A stretch of 64,000 bases of DNA from NCBI GenBank assembly GCA_036379875.1, contig DASVFV010000120.1, forward strand, positions 1,223 to 65,222, written 5' to 3'. A program made the translations under genes and the position numbers. The stretch's first letter is position 1, and each line of letters opens with the position of its first letter. Positions 30,125-39,249 of this stretch are shown one piece after another. The DNA comes from Burkholderiales bacterium (GTDB taxonomy: Bacteria; Pseudomonadota; Gammaproteobacteria; Burkholderiales; SG8-39). Below the pieces are notes generated by a model. It searched no databases, was not told where the DNA came from, and worked only from the letters and a program-made list of their open reading frames with translations.

Positions 30125-30820
30125 CTACCAGCGCGCGGGCGGCGCCTTGTTGATGGTGATGCGGCCGTCGGTCACGCTGACGTAGCCGCCGGTGGTGAGG
30201 TCGCGCAGGATGCGGTTGATCATCTCGCGCGAGGCACCGACGCGCGCCGCGATGTCCTTCTGCGTGAGCTTCTCCGGGATCACGAGCTTGCCGTCGCGCT
30301 CCACCGCGAGCTCGAGCAGGATGCGCGCCACGCGCCCGTACACGTCGAGCATCGCGAGGTTGCGCACGTTGCGGTTCAGGCCGCGCGCCACGCGGATCAG
30401 GTTCTGGATGAGCTGCAGCGAGACCGCGGGATGGCCGAGCAGGAAGGCGCGGAAATCGGCCCGCGACAGGATCGCGAACTGCGCGGCCTCGAGCGTCATC
30501 ACCGAGGCCGAGCGCGGCTGCTCGTCGAGCACCATCTCGCCGAAGTACTGGCCCGGCCCCTTGATGGCGAGGATCAGCTCCTTGCCGTGCTCGTCGGCGA
30601 GGTAGATCTTCACCCGCCCGCCCAGGATCAGATACAGCGAGTCGCTCTCGTCGCCCTCGGTGACGATGATGGCCTGCTTCGGGTAGCTGCGCGTCACGCT
30701 GCGCTCGGCGAGCGCGCGCAGCTCGGCGTCGGGGACGCCCTCGAAGAGGGGGATGCTTTTGAGATCGGCCGGCATCGCGCTGGTGGCCGGGGATTCTAGG
30801 ACCGCGCCTCCCGGCGTCAC
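30125..30820 (-). CDS. Crp/Fnr-family transcriptional regulator
   Basis: cNMP-binding domain (IPLFEGVPDAELRALA...GQYFGEMVL) and a C-terminal HTH (LTQKDIAARVGASREMINRILRDL). No Fnr-type N-terminal Cys cluster. Start is either GTG 30820 or ATG 30775. Confidence 0.88.
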   Translation of the reverse strand: MTPGGAVLESPATSAMPADLKSIPLFEGVPDAELRALAERSVTRSYPKQAIIVTEGDESDSLYLILGGRVKIYLADEHGKELILAIKGPGQYFGEMVLDEQPRSASVMTLEAAQFAILSRADFRAFLLGHPAVSLQLIQNLIRVARGLNRNVRNLAMLDVYGRVARILLELAVERDGKLVIPEKLTQKDIAARVGASREMINRILRDLTTGGYVSVTDGRITINKAPPARW

Positions 30821-30832
30821 AAGCGTAAATAT

Positions 30833-31885
30833 TCACCGGGTGCGGCGCTTGATCCACCTCAGCCAAGGGAGCGCCGCGGCGGCGAGCCGGCCCCAGGCGC
30901 CGACGCCGGCCGCCACGGTCTGCATGGCGCGCCGCTCGGGCCAGAGGCGCTCGACCGCGAGCACGTTCGCCTCGGTAAAGGAGTCCATCCACTGGATGGC
31001 CGGGTCGGCGTCGACCTGCCGCACGTTGGCGAGCTCGAGCAGCATGCCGGGCGAAGACCTGGCGAAAGCCTCGTCAAAGGTCGTCTTGAAGGCGTAGGCG
31101 GCGGGGCCGGCGGTGAAGCTGAAGCGCCGCGCGATGGCGCGACCCTCGGCGTCGACGCCGCAGCCGAGCAGCTGCCCGCGCCGGAACGCGGCCGTCACGA
31201 TCTCGGTGAAGTAGCGGCGGTTCGCCGCGTTGCAGGCCATCGCGCTGCCGTTGCGGCCCTTCCAGCCGGCCGCCTCGATGCGCAGGAAGTCCTCGATCCA
31301 GGCCCCGACGTCGTCGCCCGGGGCGAGGAAGCGGTAGGCGAAGCCCTTCAGGCTGCGCTCGTTCCTCGCCGCGCGGCGCCGGAAATTGCCCGAGATGGTG
31401 GCGCCGTGCTTGCGCAGCAGCCCGCGGCTGTAGGCATGGTTCACCACGCTCTCTCCGGGCAGCAGGCGGTGGAACGGCTCGCCCGCCGGGATATAGCGAA
31501 ATTCCACGAACGAGGCGTCGACCTGCTCGAACAGCGCCTCGAGGCACGGCCGCGCGAAGCCCGCATGCACGAGAGGCGTGCAGAGCAGCGTGTGCGAGTG
31601 CTGCCACGAGACGAGCGCGCTCGCCGGCAGGCGCTTGTAGCGCGGCACGCGCGCGAAGGGGAAAAGGCCGATCAGCTCCTCGCCCGCCCACACCAGCGCG
31701 ACCTCGACCCTGCCGGCGCCGAACGCGGCGAGCGCCGGGCGCAGCATCCAGTGCTCGTAGAACGGATTGGGCTCGAGCGCGGCGCGCGCGAGCGCCTCCC
31801 ACGCCGGGACGATGCAGTCGAGCTCGGTCAGGCTGCGCGCCACCGTCACGCGCGCGCGCTGGCCGACGAAAGGACGGGCGCCCAT
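30833..31885 (-). CDS. GNAT acetyltransferase, CelD/BioF2-like (Acetyltransf_6-type)
   Basis: 350 aa from ATG 31885. EPNPFYEHWMLRPAL...EAAGWKGRNGSAM...AFKTTFDEAFARSSPGMLL resembles CelD-like GNATs. The track ORF upstream part is a shadow frame. Confidence 0.75.
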   Translation of the reverse strand: MGARPFVGQRARVTVARSLTELDCIVPAWEALARAALEPNPFYEHWMLRPALAAFGAGRVEVALVWAGEELIGLFPFARVPRYKRLPASALVSWQHSHTLLCTPLVHAGFARPCLEALFEQVDASFVEFRYIPAGEPFHRLLPGESVVNHAYSRGLLRKHGATISGNFRRRAARNERSLKGFAYRFLAPGDDVGAWIEDFLRIEAAGWKGRNGSAMACNAANRRYFTEIVTAAFRRGQLLGCGVDAEGRAIARRFSFTAGPAAYAFKTTFDEAFARSSPGMLLELANVRQVDADPAIQWMDSFTEANVLAVERLWPERRAMQTVAAGVGAWGRLAAAALPWLRWIKRRTR

Positions 31886-31926
31886 TTTCTCGGGCGGTAG
31901 TGGAGCGCACTTGTGCCGACCGCATA

Positions 31927-33963
31927 ATGCGGCGCATGTGGTCTGGACGGACCATCGCCGCCGCGGCGCTGCTGGTCGCGGCCTGCGCGACGCCCTCGAT
32001 GCGCTATGGCGGGCTGGAGGACCGCGTCCACGCGGTGCTCGAGCAGCGCGCCCTCGGGCCGGACGCCCTGCGCGTGATCGACAACCTGCTCGAGCACGGC
32101 AGCTCCGCTCCGCCCGCCACCCCGCGCCTGGTGCGCGAGCTCCTCGCCCGGCCGCTCGATGCCGCCGACGCGGCGCGCATTTTCCGGGAAGCCGTGCCGC
32201 CTTCTTTGGCAGGCCTGGAACGCGCGCCGGCCGGTCCTTTTGAAGATCTACTGAAGGAATACCTCGCGGAGCTGGCCGAAGCGCAGCGGCTGCTGCGCGC
32301 CGGCATCCGGCCATGGGACGACGATGCGCTGCTGCGCGCGCTCGCCGAGGGCCTGCCCTCTTCCGCCCATCTCCTCGCGCTTGGCGATGTGCGCATCGAG
32401 CAGGCCAACGCGCTTTTCATCGAAGCGACGGCGCGCTTCGCCTCGCGCGTGCGCGATGTTCCGCTGCAGCCCGGCAGCTTCGAGTCGGCGATCGGCACGG
32501 TGGTGATCGGCACGCGCGGCAACGACCGGCACGGGCCGGGCGCGGCGCTCATTATCGACCCGGGCGGCGACGACGTGTACGAGCGCGCGCCGGCGCGCGG
32601 CGGCGCGGTGTCGGTGATCGTCGACCTCGCCGGCAACGACCGCTACGAGGGCAGCGACGTCGCGATCGGCGCGCTCTCGGCGATCGTCGAGCTGTCGGGC
32701 GACGACCGCTACGACCTGCAGGGCAGCGGGCTCGGCGCCGCCGTAGCGGGGGTTTCCCTGTTGCTCGATTTCGCCGGCAACGACAGCTACGCGGCGAAGT
32801 ACTTCGGGCTCGGCGCGGCGGCTTTCGGCTTCGGCGCGCTCGTCGATCTCGAAGGCGACGACACCTACCGCATCGAGGCGTGGGGCGAAGGCTTCGGCCT
32901 GGCGGGCGGCACCGGGCTTCTCTGGGATCGGCGCGGCAACGACCGCTATGTCGCCGGCGGCATCCCCGACGCGTTCGAGCGCGGCGCGGGGCTGAGCGGC
33001 GCGCAGGGCGCGGGCTTCGGCGCGCGCGGCCGCCTCGGCGGCGGCGTCGGCATCCTGCGCGACGACCAGGGCGACGACGCCTACGAGGCGCAGATGTTCG
33101 CGCAGGGCAGCGGCTACTACTACGCGCTCGGCCTGCTCTGGGATCGCGCCGGCGCCGACAAGTACCAGGCGCACCGCTACGCGCAGGGCAACGCCGCGCA
33201 CCAGGCCGTCGGCGTGCTGCGCGACGATGCAGGCGACGACAGCTATTCAGCCGACTGGTACGCGCAGGGCATGGGCCTCGACCTCGCGCTCGGCGTGCTA
33301 TTCGACGCGGCGGGCGCCGACTCGTTCTCCGCGCGCGGCGTCTCGCAAGGCAGCGCGACCGCGAACGGATTGGGCCTGCTCGTCGCGAGCGCCGGCCGCT
33401 TCTCCATCGCGACCGACACCACGGCGTGGGGAGAGGCGCAGTGGCTGCGCGGCTTGCCGAGCGTCGGCGTGCTGCTTTACGACGAGGGCGCGCGCTTCAC
33501 GCGCATCGGGAAGGAGGTCGACCCGCCCGGCGCAGGCGTGCCGCCCGCCGTGCAGCCGCCCACGCCGCAGACCTGCCCCTCGCCCGACCCCGGCGAAGCG
33601 CTGGTGTGCCGCGTGCTCGCGGCAGCCGATCTCGAACGCACCTGGCGCGAGCTCACCGCCACGCTGCCGGATACCGAGCTGGCGGGCTGGATCGCGGTGG
33701 CGCTCGCCAAGCGCCCGCCCTCGCCGCCGCAGGCCGAGTACATCGCCACGACACTGTCGAAGCGCACAAGCTGCAACGTGCGCGCGCTCGCGCTGCGGGC
33801 CTGGCCGACGATCACGGCCGCGCACGAAGGCGTGCGCTCGAGCTGCTACCGGCTGCAGGCGGCGGCGCTCGCGGGCTTCGCGCGGCTCGGCGAGCGCGCG
33901 CCGCCGGACGCCGCGCTGCCGAGCTTCCTGCGCGCCCTGCCGCCGCAGGACGATACGTTCTAG
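31927..33963 (+). CDS. Lipoprotein with about ten D-x-x-G-[NDA]-D-x-Y repeats (predicted beta-helix/beta-roll), unknown function
   Basis: Lipobox LLVAAC. Repeats about 20-22 aa apart: DPGGDDVY, DLAGNDRY, ELSGDDRY, DFAGNDSY, DLEGDDTY, DRRGNDRY, DDQGDDAY, DRAGADKY, DDAGDDSY, DAAGADSF. Start is either ATG 31927 or 31936. Confidence 0.7.
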   Translation: MRRMWSGRTIAAAALLVAACATPSMRYGGLEDRVHAVLEQRALGPDALRVIDNLLEHGSSAPPATPRLVRELLARPLDAADAARIFREAVPPSLAGLERAPAGPFEDLLKEYLAELAEAQRLLRAGIRPWDDDALLRALAEGLPSSAHLLALGDVRIEQANALFIEATARFASRVRDVPLQPGSFESAIGTVVIGTRGNDRHGPGAALIIDPGGDDVYERAPARGGAVSVIVDLAGNDRYEGSDVAIGALSAIVELSGDDRYDLQGSGLGAAVAGVSLLLDFAGNDSYAAKYFGLGAAAFGFGALVDLEGDDTYRIEAWGEGFGLAGGTGLLWDRRGNDRYVAGGIPDAFERGAGLSGAQGAGFGARGRLGGGVGILRDDQGDDAYEAQMFAQGSGYYYALGLLWDRAGADKYQAHRYAQGNAAHQAVGVLRDDAGDDSYSADWYAQGMGLDLALGVLFDAAGADSFSARGVSQGSATANGLGLLVASAGRFSIATDTTAWGEAQWLRGLPSVGVLLYDEGARFTRIGKEVDPPGAGVPPAVQPPTPQTCPSPDPGEALVCRVLAAADLERTWRELTATLPDTELAGWIAVALAKRPPSPPQAEYIATTLSKRTSCNVRALALRAWPTITAAHEGVRSSCYRLQAAALAGFARLGERAPPDAALPSFLRALPPQDDTF

Positions 33964-34524
33964 CTAGATTTTTCCGAGCACCTGCACGCTGGAAGCCTGC
34001 GGGCCGTCGTCGCCCTCCTGCGGCGTGAAGCGCACCTCGGTGCCGGCCGCGAGGCTCTCGAAGTCGTCGTGCAGCACGCTGTTGCGGTGGAAGTAGACCT
34101 GGCGCCCGTCGTCGAGCGCGCGCAGGAAGCCGTAGCCCTCGTCGAACACCTTCTCCACGATGCCGTGCAGCTGCCCGTCGTGGTGCTGCTTGACCTCGCC
34201 GCGGCGCAGCTGCGCGGTCTTCTTGAGCTGGCGCTCGATCGCGCCGAACGCGAGGTTGATGAGCGCCGGCAGCTGCGTCGGCATGTCGCGGATCACCTTC
34301 GCCTTGCGCGCCGCGAGATCGTGGTTCGGCGGCATGCGCACCTCGACCATCACGCTATAGCGATTGCCCTTGTGGTGCGAAGCTTGCTCCTGGGTCAGCG
34401 ACACGCGGCACGAGGTGATGCCGTCGGCGAAGCGGTCGAGCCGCTGCACGCGCTCGCCGATGTAACTTTCGACCCAGGGGGAACGGTCTACGTCGTGGAA
34501 TATGACTTCGGGAGGGGTTTGCAT
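33964..34524 (-). CDS. HPF/RaiA (ribosomal S30AE)-like domain fused to a cold-shock domain
   Basis: The N-terminal ~100 aa resemble hibernation-promoting factor (VESYIGERVQRLDRFADGITSCRVSL). The C-terminal ~65 aa form a CSD (HGIVEKVFDEGYGFLRALDDGRQVYFHRNSV). Confidence 0.8.
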   Translation of the reverse strand: MQTPPEVIFHDVDRSPWVESYIGERVQRLDRFADGITSCRVSLTQEQASHHKGNRYSVMVEVRMPPNHDLAARKAKVIRDMPTQLPALINLAFGAIERQLKKTAQLRRGEVKQHHDGQLHGIVEKVFDEGYGFLRALDDGRQVYFHRNSVLHDDFESLAAGTEVRFTPQEGDDGPQASSVQVLGKI

Positions 34525-34538
34525 ACCCCTTGGACAGC

Positions 34539-34554
34539 GGGGACGGAGCCCTAA
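34539..34554. repeat. Solo family-A REP half-site (GGGGACGGAGCCCTAA)
   Basis: Exact match to the left arm at 16352, with no inverted partner. It lies between two minus-strand genes. Confidence 0.8.
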
Positions 34555-34557
34555 TTC

Positions 34558-35178
34558 CTACAGCTTGTGCGAGACCCCGTTGCGCAGCCGCACCACCTTC
34601 TGGAACAGGTTGACGCGCGACACGTCGCCCATGTGGGACTCGGGCAGCACCTCGCGCAGGTCGAAGTCGGCGTGGAAGCCGAGCTGCGACGAGAAGCCGG
34701 CCAGCGCCTTCTCCACCGCGCCGAGGATGCGGTTGTCGGAGCGGAAGTGGTTCACGATGAAGATCTCGCCGTGCGGCTTGCACACGCGGTGCAGCTCCTC
34801 GATCAGCCGGGCCGGGCGCGCCACCACCGAGACCACGTACATCGCCACCACCTTGTCGAAGCTCGCGTCCGGGAACGTCATCTGCTCCGCGTCCATCTCG
34901 AGCAGCGCGTCGACGTTCTCCAGCTTGCGGCGCGCCACGCGGGCGCGCGCCTTGTGCAGCATCTCGCTCGACACGTCGATGCCGGTGATGCGCACGCTCT
35001 TCGGATAGAGCGGCAGGGAAAGCCCGGTGCCCACGCCGACCTCGAGCACCCGGTCGCCGGGCTTGAGCTCGAGCCGCTCGAGCAGCGCACGGCGCCCCGG
35101 CTGCAGCACCGGCCCGAACACCGTGTCGTAGATCCCGGCGTAGCGCCGGTAGGCCGCCTTGACGGCTTCGATGTGCAT
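34558..35178 (-). CDS. Class I SAM-dependent methyltransferase (PmtA/UbiE-like)
   Basis: SAM motif I VLEVGVGTGLSL. 206 aa from ATG 35178. Confidence 0.85.
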   Translation of the reverse strand: MHIEAVKAAYRRYAGIYDTVFGPVLQPGRRALLERLELKPGDRVLEVGVGTGLSLPLYPKSVRITGIDVSSEMLHKARARVARRKLENVDALLEMDAEQMTFPDASFDKVVAMYVVSVVARPARLIEELHRVCKPHGEIFIVNHFRSDNRILGAVEKALAGFSSQLGFHADFDLREVLPESHMGDVSRVNLFQKVVRLRNGVSHKL

Positions 35179-35246
35179 GAGTTGGCGGATTCTGCCAGCA
35201 ATCGGCATTCCCGGCACGCGGATTGCACCCGTGTTTCGACCGCTAA

Positions 35247-36290
35247 ATGAAGATCGCACAGATCGCACCCCTCGCGGAAAGCGTCCCGCCGAGGCTCTAC
35301 GGGGGCACCGAGCGGGTCGTGTCCTACCTCACCGAAGAGCTGGTCCGCCTCGGCCACGACGTCACCCTGTTCGCGAGCGGCGACTCGCAGACCGGCGCCC
35401 GGCTGGTGGCGTGCGCGCCGCGCGCGCTGCGCCTCGACCCGCGCGTGCGCGATGCCCTGCCCCATCACCTGCTGATGATCGAGCGCGTGCGCCGCCACGC
35501 GCACGAGTTCGACGTGCTGCACTTCCACGTCGAGCACGTGCACCTGCCGCTGTTCCGGCCGCTCGCGCGCAAGTCGGTCACCACGCTGCACGGCAGGCTC
35601 GACCTGCCCGACCTGCCGGCGCTCTACCGCGAGTTCGACGACATGCCGCTGGTCTCGATCTCGGACGCGCAGCGCCGGCCGCTCGGCTACGCGAGCTGGG
35701 TGGGCACGGTGTACCACGGGCTGCCCGAACCGGTCTGCCCGTTCAACCCGGTGCCGCGTGGCCAGTATCTGGCCTTCCTCGGCCGCATCTCGCCGGAGAA
35801 GGGCGTCGAGCGCGCCATCGAGATCGCGCGCCGCGCGGCGCGGCCGCTGCGCATCGCGGCCAAGATCGACCCGGCGGAGGAAGGCTACTGGCGTAGCCGC
35901 GTCGCGCCGCTCCTCTCCGGCCCCCTGGTCGACTTCCTCGGCGAGGTGACCGAGGAGGACAAGCCGGCCTTCCTCGGCAACGCAGTCGCGCTGCTCTTCC
36001 CGATCGACTGGCCCGAGCCGTTCGGCCTGGCGATGATCGAGGCGATGTCGTGCGGCACGCCGGTGATCGCCTGGCCGCACGGCTCGGTGCCCGAGATCGT
36101 CGAGCACGGCGTCACCGGCTTCATCGTGGATTCCATCGAGGAAGCGGTGGCCGCGGTGCACGAGGCGCCGCGCCTCGACCGCGCGCAGGTGCGCCGGCGC
36201 TTCGAGGAGCGCTTCAGCGCGGCGCGCATGGCGCGCGATTATCTGTCCGTCTACCGCAGCCTGGCCCGGCGCAAGGATCGCGCCGCGTGA
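35247..36290 (+). CDS. Glycosyltransferase family 4 (GT-B)
   Basis: MKIAQIAPLAESVPPRLYGGTERVV N-terminus and E-x7-E-like region EPFGLAMIEAMSCGTPVIA. Confidence 0.88.
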   Translation: MKIAQIAPLAESVPPRLYGGTERVVSYLTEELVRLGHDVTLFASGDSQTGARLVACAPRALRLDPRVRDALPHHLLMIERVRRHAHEFDVLHFHVEHVHLPLFRPLARKSVTTLHGRLDLPDLPALYREFDDMPLVSISDAQRRPLGYASWVGTVYHGLPEPVCPFNPVPRGQYLAFLGRISPEKGVERAIEIARRAARPLRIAAKIDPAEEGYWRSRVAPLLSGPLVDFLGEVTEEDKPAFLGNAVALLFPIDWPEPFGLAMIEAMSCGTPVIAWPHGSVPEIVEHGVTGFIVDSIEEAVAAVHEAPRLDRAQVRRRFEERFSAARMARDYLSVYRSLARRKDRAA

Positions 36291-38440
36291 AGCGCGAAGC
36301 CACCGTGTTCGTCCCGGGGGTGGTGTCGCTCGCGGCGTCGAGCCGGCGCACGCTCAAGCACGGCGACAGCTTCGCCATGTTCGACGAGTTCGGCGACGTG
36401 CTGGAAGTCGAGCACAGCCCGTACGGCCTGTTCCACCACGACACGCGCTACCTCTCGCGCCTGCATTTCGCGCTCGAGGGCCACCGGCCGCTCATGCTGT
36501 CCTCCACGGTGCAGACCGACAACGTGACCCTCGACGTCGACCTCACCAACCCGGACATCTTCGCCGGCGGCGAGCTCGCGCTCGCCAAGGACACCTTCCA
36601 CGTGGCGCGCGCCAAGTTCCTCTGGCAGGCGAGCTGCTACGAGCTGTTCACCGTGACGAGCTACGCCGAGCGAGCGGCGCGCCTGCGCCTCGCGTTCGAG
36701 TTCGACGCGGATTTCGCGGACCTCTTCGAGATCCGCGGCCACCGCCGCGCGCGGCGCGGCGAGGTGCGCGCCGAGGTGCGCGGGCCCGCGGAGGTCGCGT
36801 TCGCGTACGAGTCGCTCGACGGCGTGCCGCGCAGTACGCGAATTTGTTTTTCTCTTGCGCCAACGACATTAACCCCCGAAACCGCGCAGTTCGAGCTCGA
36901 GTTGCCCGCGCGCGGGCGTCGCGCCATCGGCGTGACGGTGCGCTGCGAGCACGGGCCGCAACGCTCGCCGGACACGCGCTTCTTCACCGCGCTGCGGCAG
37001 GCGCGGCGCACCTCGGCGCTCTCGCGCGCCAGCCTGCCGGCCATCGAGAGCTCGAATAGCGTGTTCAACAGCGTGCTGTCGCGCTCGGCGGCCGACCTCG
37101 CCATGCTGATGACCGAGACGCCGCACGGCCCCTACCCGTACGCCGGCGTGCCGTGGTTCTCCACCGCGTTCGGGCGCGACGGCCTGATCACCGCGCTCGA
37201 GATGCTGTGGTTCGATCCGTCCGTCGCGCGCGGGGTGCTGCGCTTCCTTGCCGCGCACCAGGCGCGCGAGCACGACCCGGCGGCGGACATGGAGCCGGGC
37301 AAGATCCTGCACGAGGTGCGCGAATGCGAGCTGGCGCGCCTCGGCGAGGTGCCGTTCCGGCGCTACTACGGCTCGGTGGACTCCACGCCGCTCTTCGTCG
37401 CGCTCGCCGGCCAGTACTTCCAGCGCACGCGCGACCGCCAGACCATCGAGGAGCTGTGGCCGGCGGTGCGCGCCGCCATCGACTGGATGGCGCGCTTCGG
37501 CGACCGCGACAAGGACGGCTTCCTCGACTACGGCCGGCGCCACGCGAGCGGCCTGCGCAACCAGGGCTGGAAGGACTCCGAGGACGCGGTGTTCCACGCC
37601 GACGGGCGCCTTGCCGAGCCGCCCATCGCGCTCGCCGAGGTGCAGGGCTACGCGTTCCTCGCCTACCGCGAAGCCGCGCTCCTCGCCTTCGAGCTCGGCG
37701 AAAAGGCGCTGTCGCAGGAGCTCGAGGAGGAAGCCGACCGCATCGCCACTCGCTTCGAAGTCTCCTACTGGTGCGAGGAGCTCGGCACGTACGCCATCGC
37801 GCTCGACGGCTCGGGCGAGCCCTGCCGCGTGCGCAGCTCGAACGCCGGGCAGCTCCTCTTCAGCGGCATGGTGCGCCCCGAGCGCGCCGCGCGCGTGGTG
37901 AAGGACCTGTTCGGCCCGGACTTCTTCACCGGCTGGGGCATCCGCACCCTCGGCGAGCGCGAGCGGCGCTTCAACCCGACCTCGTACCACAACGGCTCGG
38001 TCTGGCCGCACGACAACGCGCTCATCGCGCTCGGCCTGGCGCGCTACGGGCATACCGCGGAGGCGCTCGCGCTCACCACCGCGCTCTTCGACGCGGCGGC
38101 GCACATGCACCTGCGCCGGCTGCCCGAGCTGTTCTGCGGCTTCGACCGCAAGCGCGGCAAGGCGCCCACGCTCTACCCGGTGGCGTGCGCGCCGCAGGCG
38201 TGGGCCGCCTGCACGCCGCTGGCGCTGATCCAGGCTTGCCTCGGCCTCGAGGTCGACGCCGCCTCCGAGACCGTGCGCCTGCGCCAGCCCCGCCTGCCGC
38301 AGTTCCTCGAGTCGCTGGTGGTGCGGCGCCTGAGCGTCGGCAGGAGCAAGCTCGACCTGATGTTCCGCCGCCAGGATTCCAGCGTGGCGGTCACGCTCCT
38401 TTCGCGCGAAGGCAACGCCGAGGTCGAAGTCCTGCTCTGA
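36287..38440 (+). CDS. Amylo-alpha-1,6-glucosidase / glycogen-debranching-enzyme-like protein
   Basis: GTG 36287 forms a GTGA overlap. N-terminal GDE_N_bis-like region (GDSFAMFDEFGD) and C-terminal (alpha/alpha)6 region (GVPWFSTAFGRDGLIT...YHNGSVWPHDN). Confidence 0.88.
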   Translation: MKREATVFVPGVVSLAASSRRTLKHGDSFAMFDEFGDVLEVEHSPYGLFHHDTRYLSRLHFALEGHRPLMLSSTVQTDNVTLDVDLTNPDIFAGGELALAKDTFHVARAKFLWQASCYELFTVTSYAERAARLRLAFEFDADFADLFEIRGHRRARRGEVRAEVRGPAEVAFAYESLDGVPRSTRICFSLAPTTLTPETAQFELELPARGRRAIGVTVRCEHGPQRSPDTRFFTALRQARRTSALSRASLPAIESSNSVFNSVLSRSAADLAMLMTETPHGPYPYAGVPWFSTAFGRDGLITALEMLWFDPSVARGVLRFLAAHQAREHDPAADMEPGKILHEVRECELARLGEVPFRRYYGSVDSTPLFVALAGQYFQRTRDRQTIEELWPAVRAAIDWMARFGDRDKDGFLDYGRRHASGLRNQGWKDSEDAVFHADGRLAEPPIALAEVQGYAFLAYREAALLAFELGEKALSQELEEEADRIATRFEVSYWCEELGTYAIALDGSGEPCRVRSSNAGQLLFSGMVRPERAARVVKDLFGPDFFTGWGIRTLGERERRFNPTSYHNGSVWPHDNALIALGLARYGHTAEALALTTALFDAAAHMHLRRLPELFCGFDRKRGKAPTLYPVACAPQAWAACTPLALIQACLGLEVDAASETVRLRQPRLPQFLESLVVRRLSVGRSKLDLMFRRQDSSVAVTLLSREGNAEVEVLL

Positions 38441-38454
38441 AAGAGAATTCCCGC

Positions 38455-38715
38455 ATGGCCGCGCGCCACTTACTGACTTTCGAGCTGTCCGAGGCGGGCG
38501 ACGAGCTCACCATCCACGGCGATCCGCCCGGCCTGCGCCTGCTCTGCGAGCGCATCACCGACCTGGCCGCGAAAGCCGAGGCGCAAAGCAATCCGAGCGT
38601 CGCGTCGCTCTCGACCAGCGTGTGGGGCGGCAACGAGCTCTCGCTCGAGCCGCAGGGCAAGGACACGCGCCTCGTCTACCAGGTGCGCGTCGTCGCGCGA
38701 GCCGCGAAAAAGTAG
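38455..38715 (+). CDS. Small conserved hypothetical protein (possibly Imm32-like)
   Basis: 86 aa. LTFELSEAGDELTIHGDPPGLRLLCERI...VWGGNELS recalls the Imm32 immunity-protein pattern from memory. This assignment is tentative. Confidence 0.5.
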   Translation: MAARHLLTFELSEAGDELTIHGDPPGLRLLCERITDLAAKAEAQSNPSVASLSTSVWGGNELSLEPQGKDTRLVYQVRVVARAAKK

Positions 38716-38729
38716 TCATACTTCGCCCG

Positions 38730-39170
38730 ATGAGCATCCACGAAGGCGGCTGCCTTTGCGGCGCGGTGCGCTATCGCGTGACCGGCACGCCGATCCGCAT
38801 CAGCGTGTGCCACTGCACCTTCTGCCAGCGCCGCACCGGCAGCGCATTCGGCATCGGCGTCTACGTGAAGAAGGAGGACTTCCGGCTCCTGAAGGGCGAG
38901 CTCAGGTCCTACGAGCACCGCTCCGACGAAAGCGGCCGCTGGCTGCGCGTGGAGTTCTGCCCGAGCTGCGGCAACCCGCTCACCTGGACGCTCGAGGTGA
39001 TGCCCGAAGGCCGCGGCGTGGCGGCGGGCAGCTTCGACGACAGGAGCTGGATCAAGCCCGTGCGGCACAGCTGGACGCGCTCCAAGCACCCGTGGGTCGA
39101 GATTCCCCACGGCGTCGAGACGTTCGAGAAATCGTCGTTGCCGCCTGCCCATGAAACTGTGAAGCGCTGA
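38730..39170 (+). CDS. GFA-family (glutathione-dependent formaldehyde-activating/CENP-V-like) protein
   Basis: CLCGAV...CHCTFCQRRTGS...CPSCG zinc-ligand pattern. ATG 38730. Confidence 0.85.
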   Translation: MSIHEGGCLCGAVRYRVTGTPIRISVCHCTFCQRRTGSAFGIGVYVKKEDFRLLKGELRSYEHRSDESGRWLRVEFCPSCGNPLTWTLEVMPEGRGVAAGSFDDRSWIKPVRHSWTRSKHPWVEIPHGVETFEKSSLPPAHETVKR

Positions 39171-39173
39171 GCT

Positions 39174-39246
39174 GTCGTCCCCGCGAAGGCGGGGACCCCG
39201 TTTGCTTTCTCTGAAAACAATGGGATCCCCGCCTTCGCGGGATGAC
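39174..39246. repeat. REP pair, family C (two hairpins in inverted orientation)
   Basis: GTCGTCCCCGCGAAGGCGGGGACCCCGTTT at 39174-39203 and ATGGGATCCCCGCCTTCGCGGGATGAC at 39220-39246, between convergent genes. Confidence 0.9.
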
Positions 39247-39249
39247 TGG

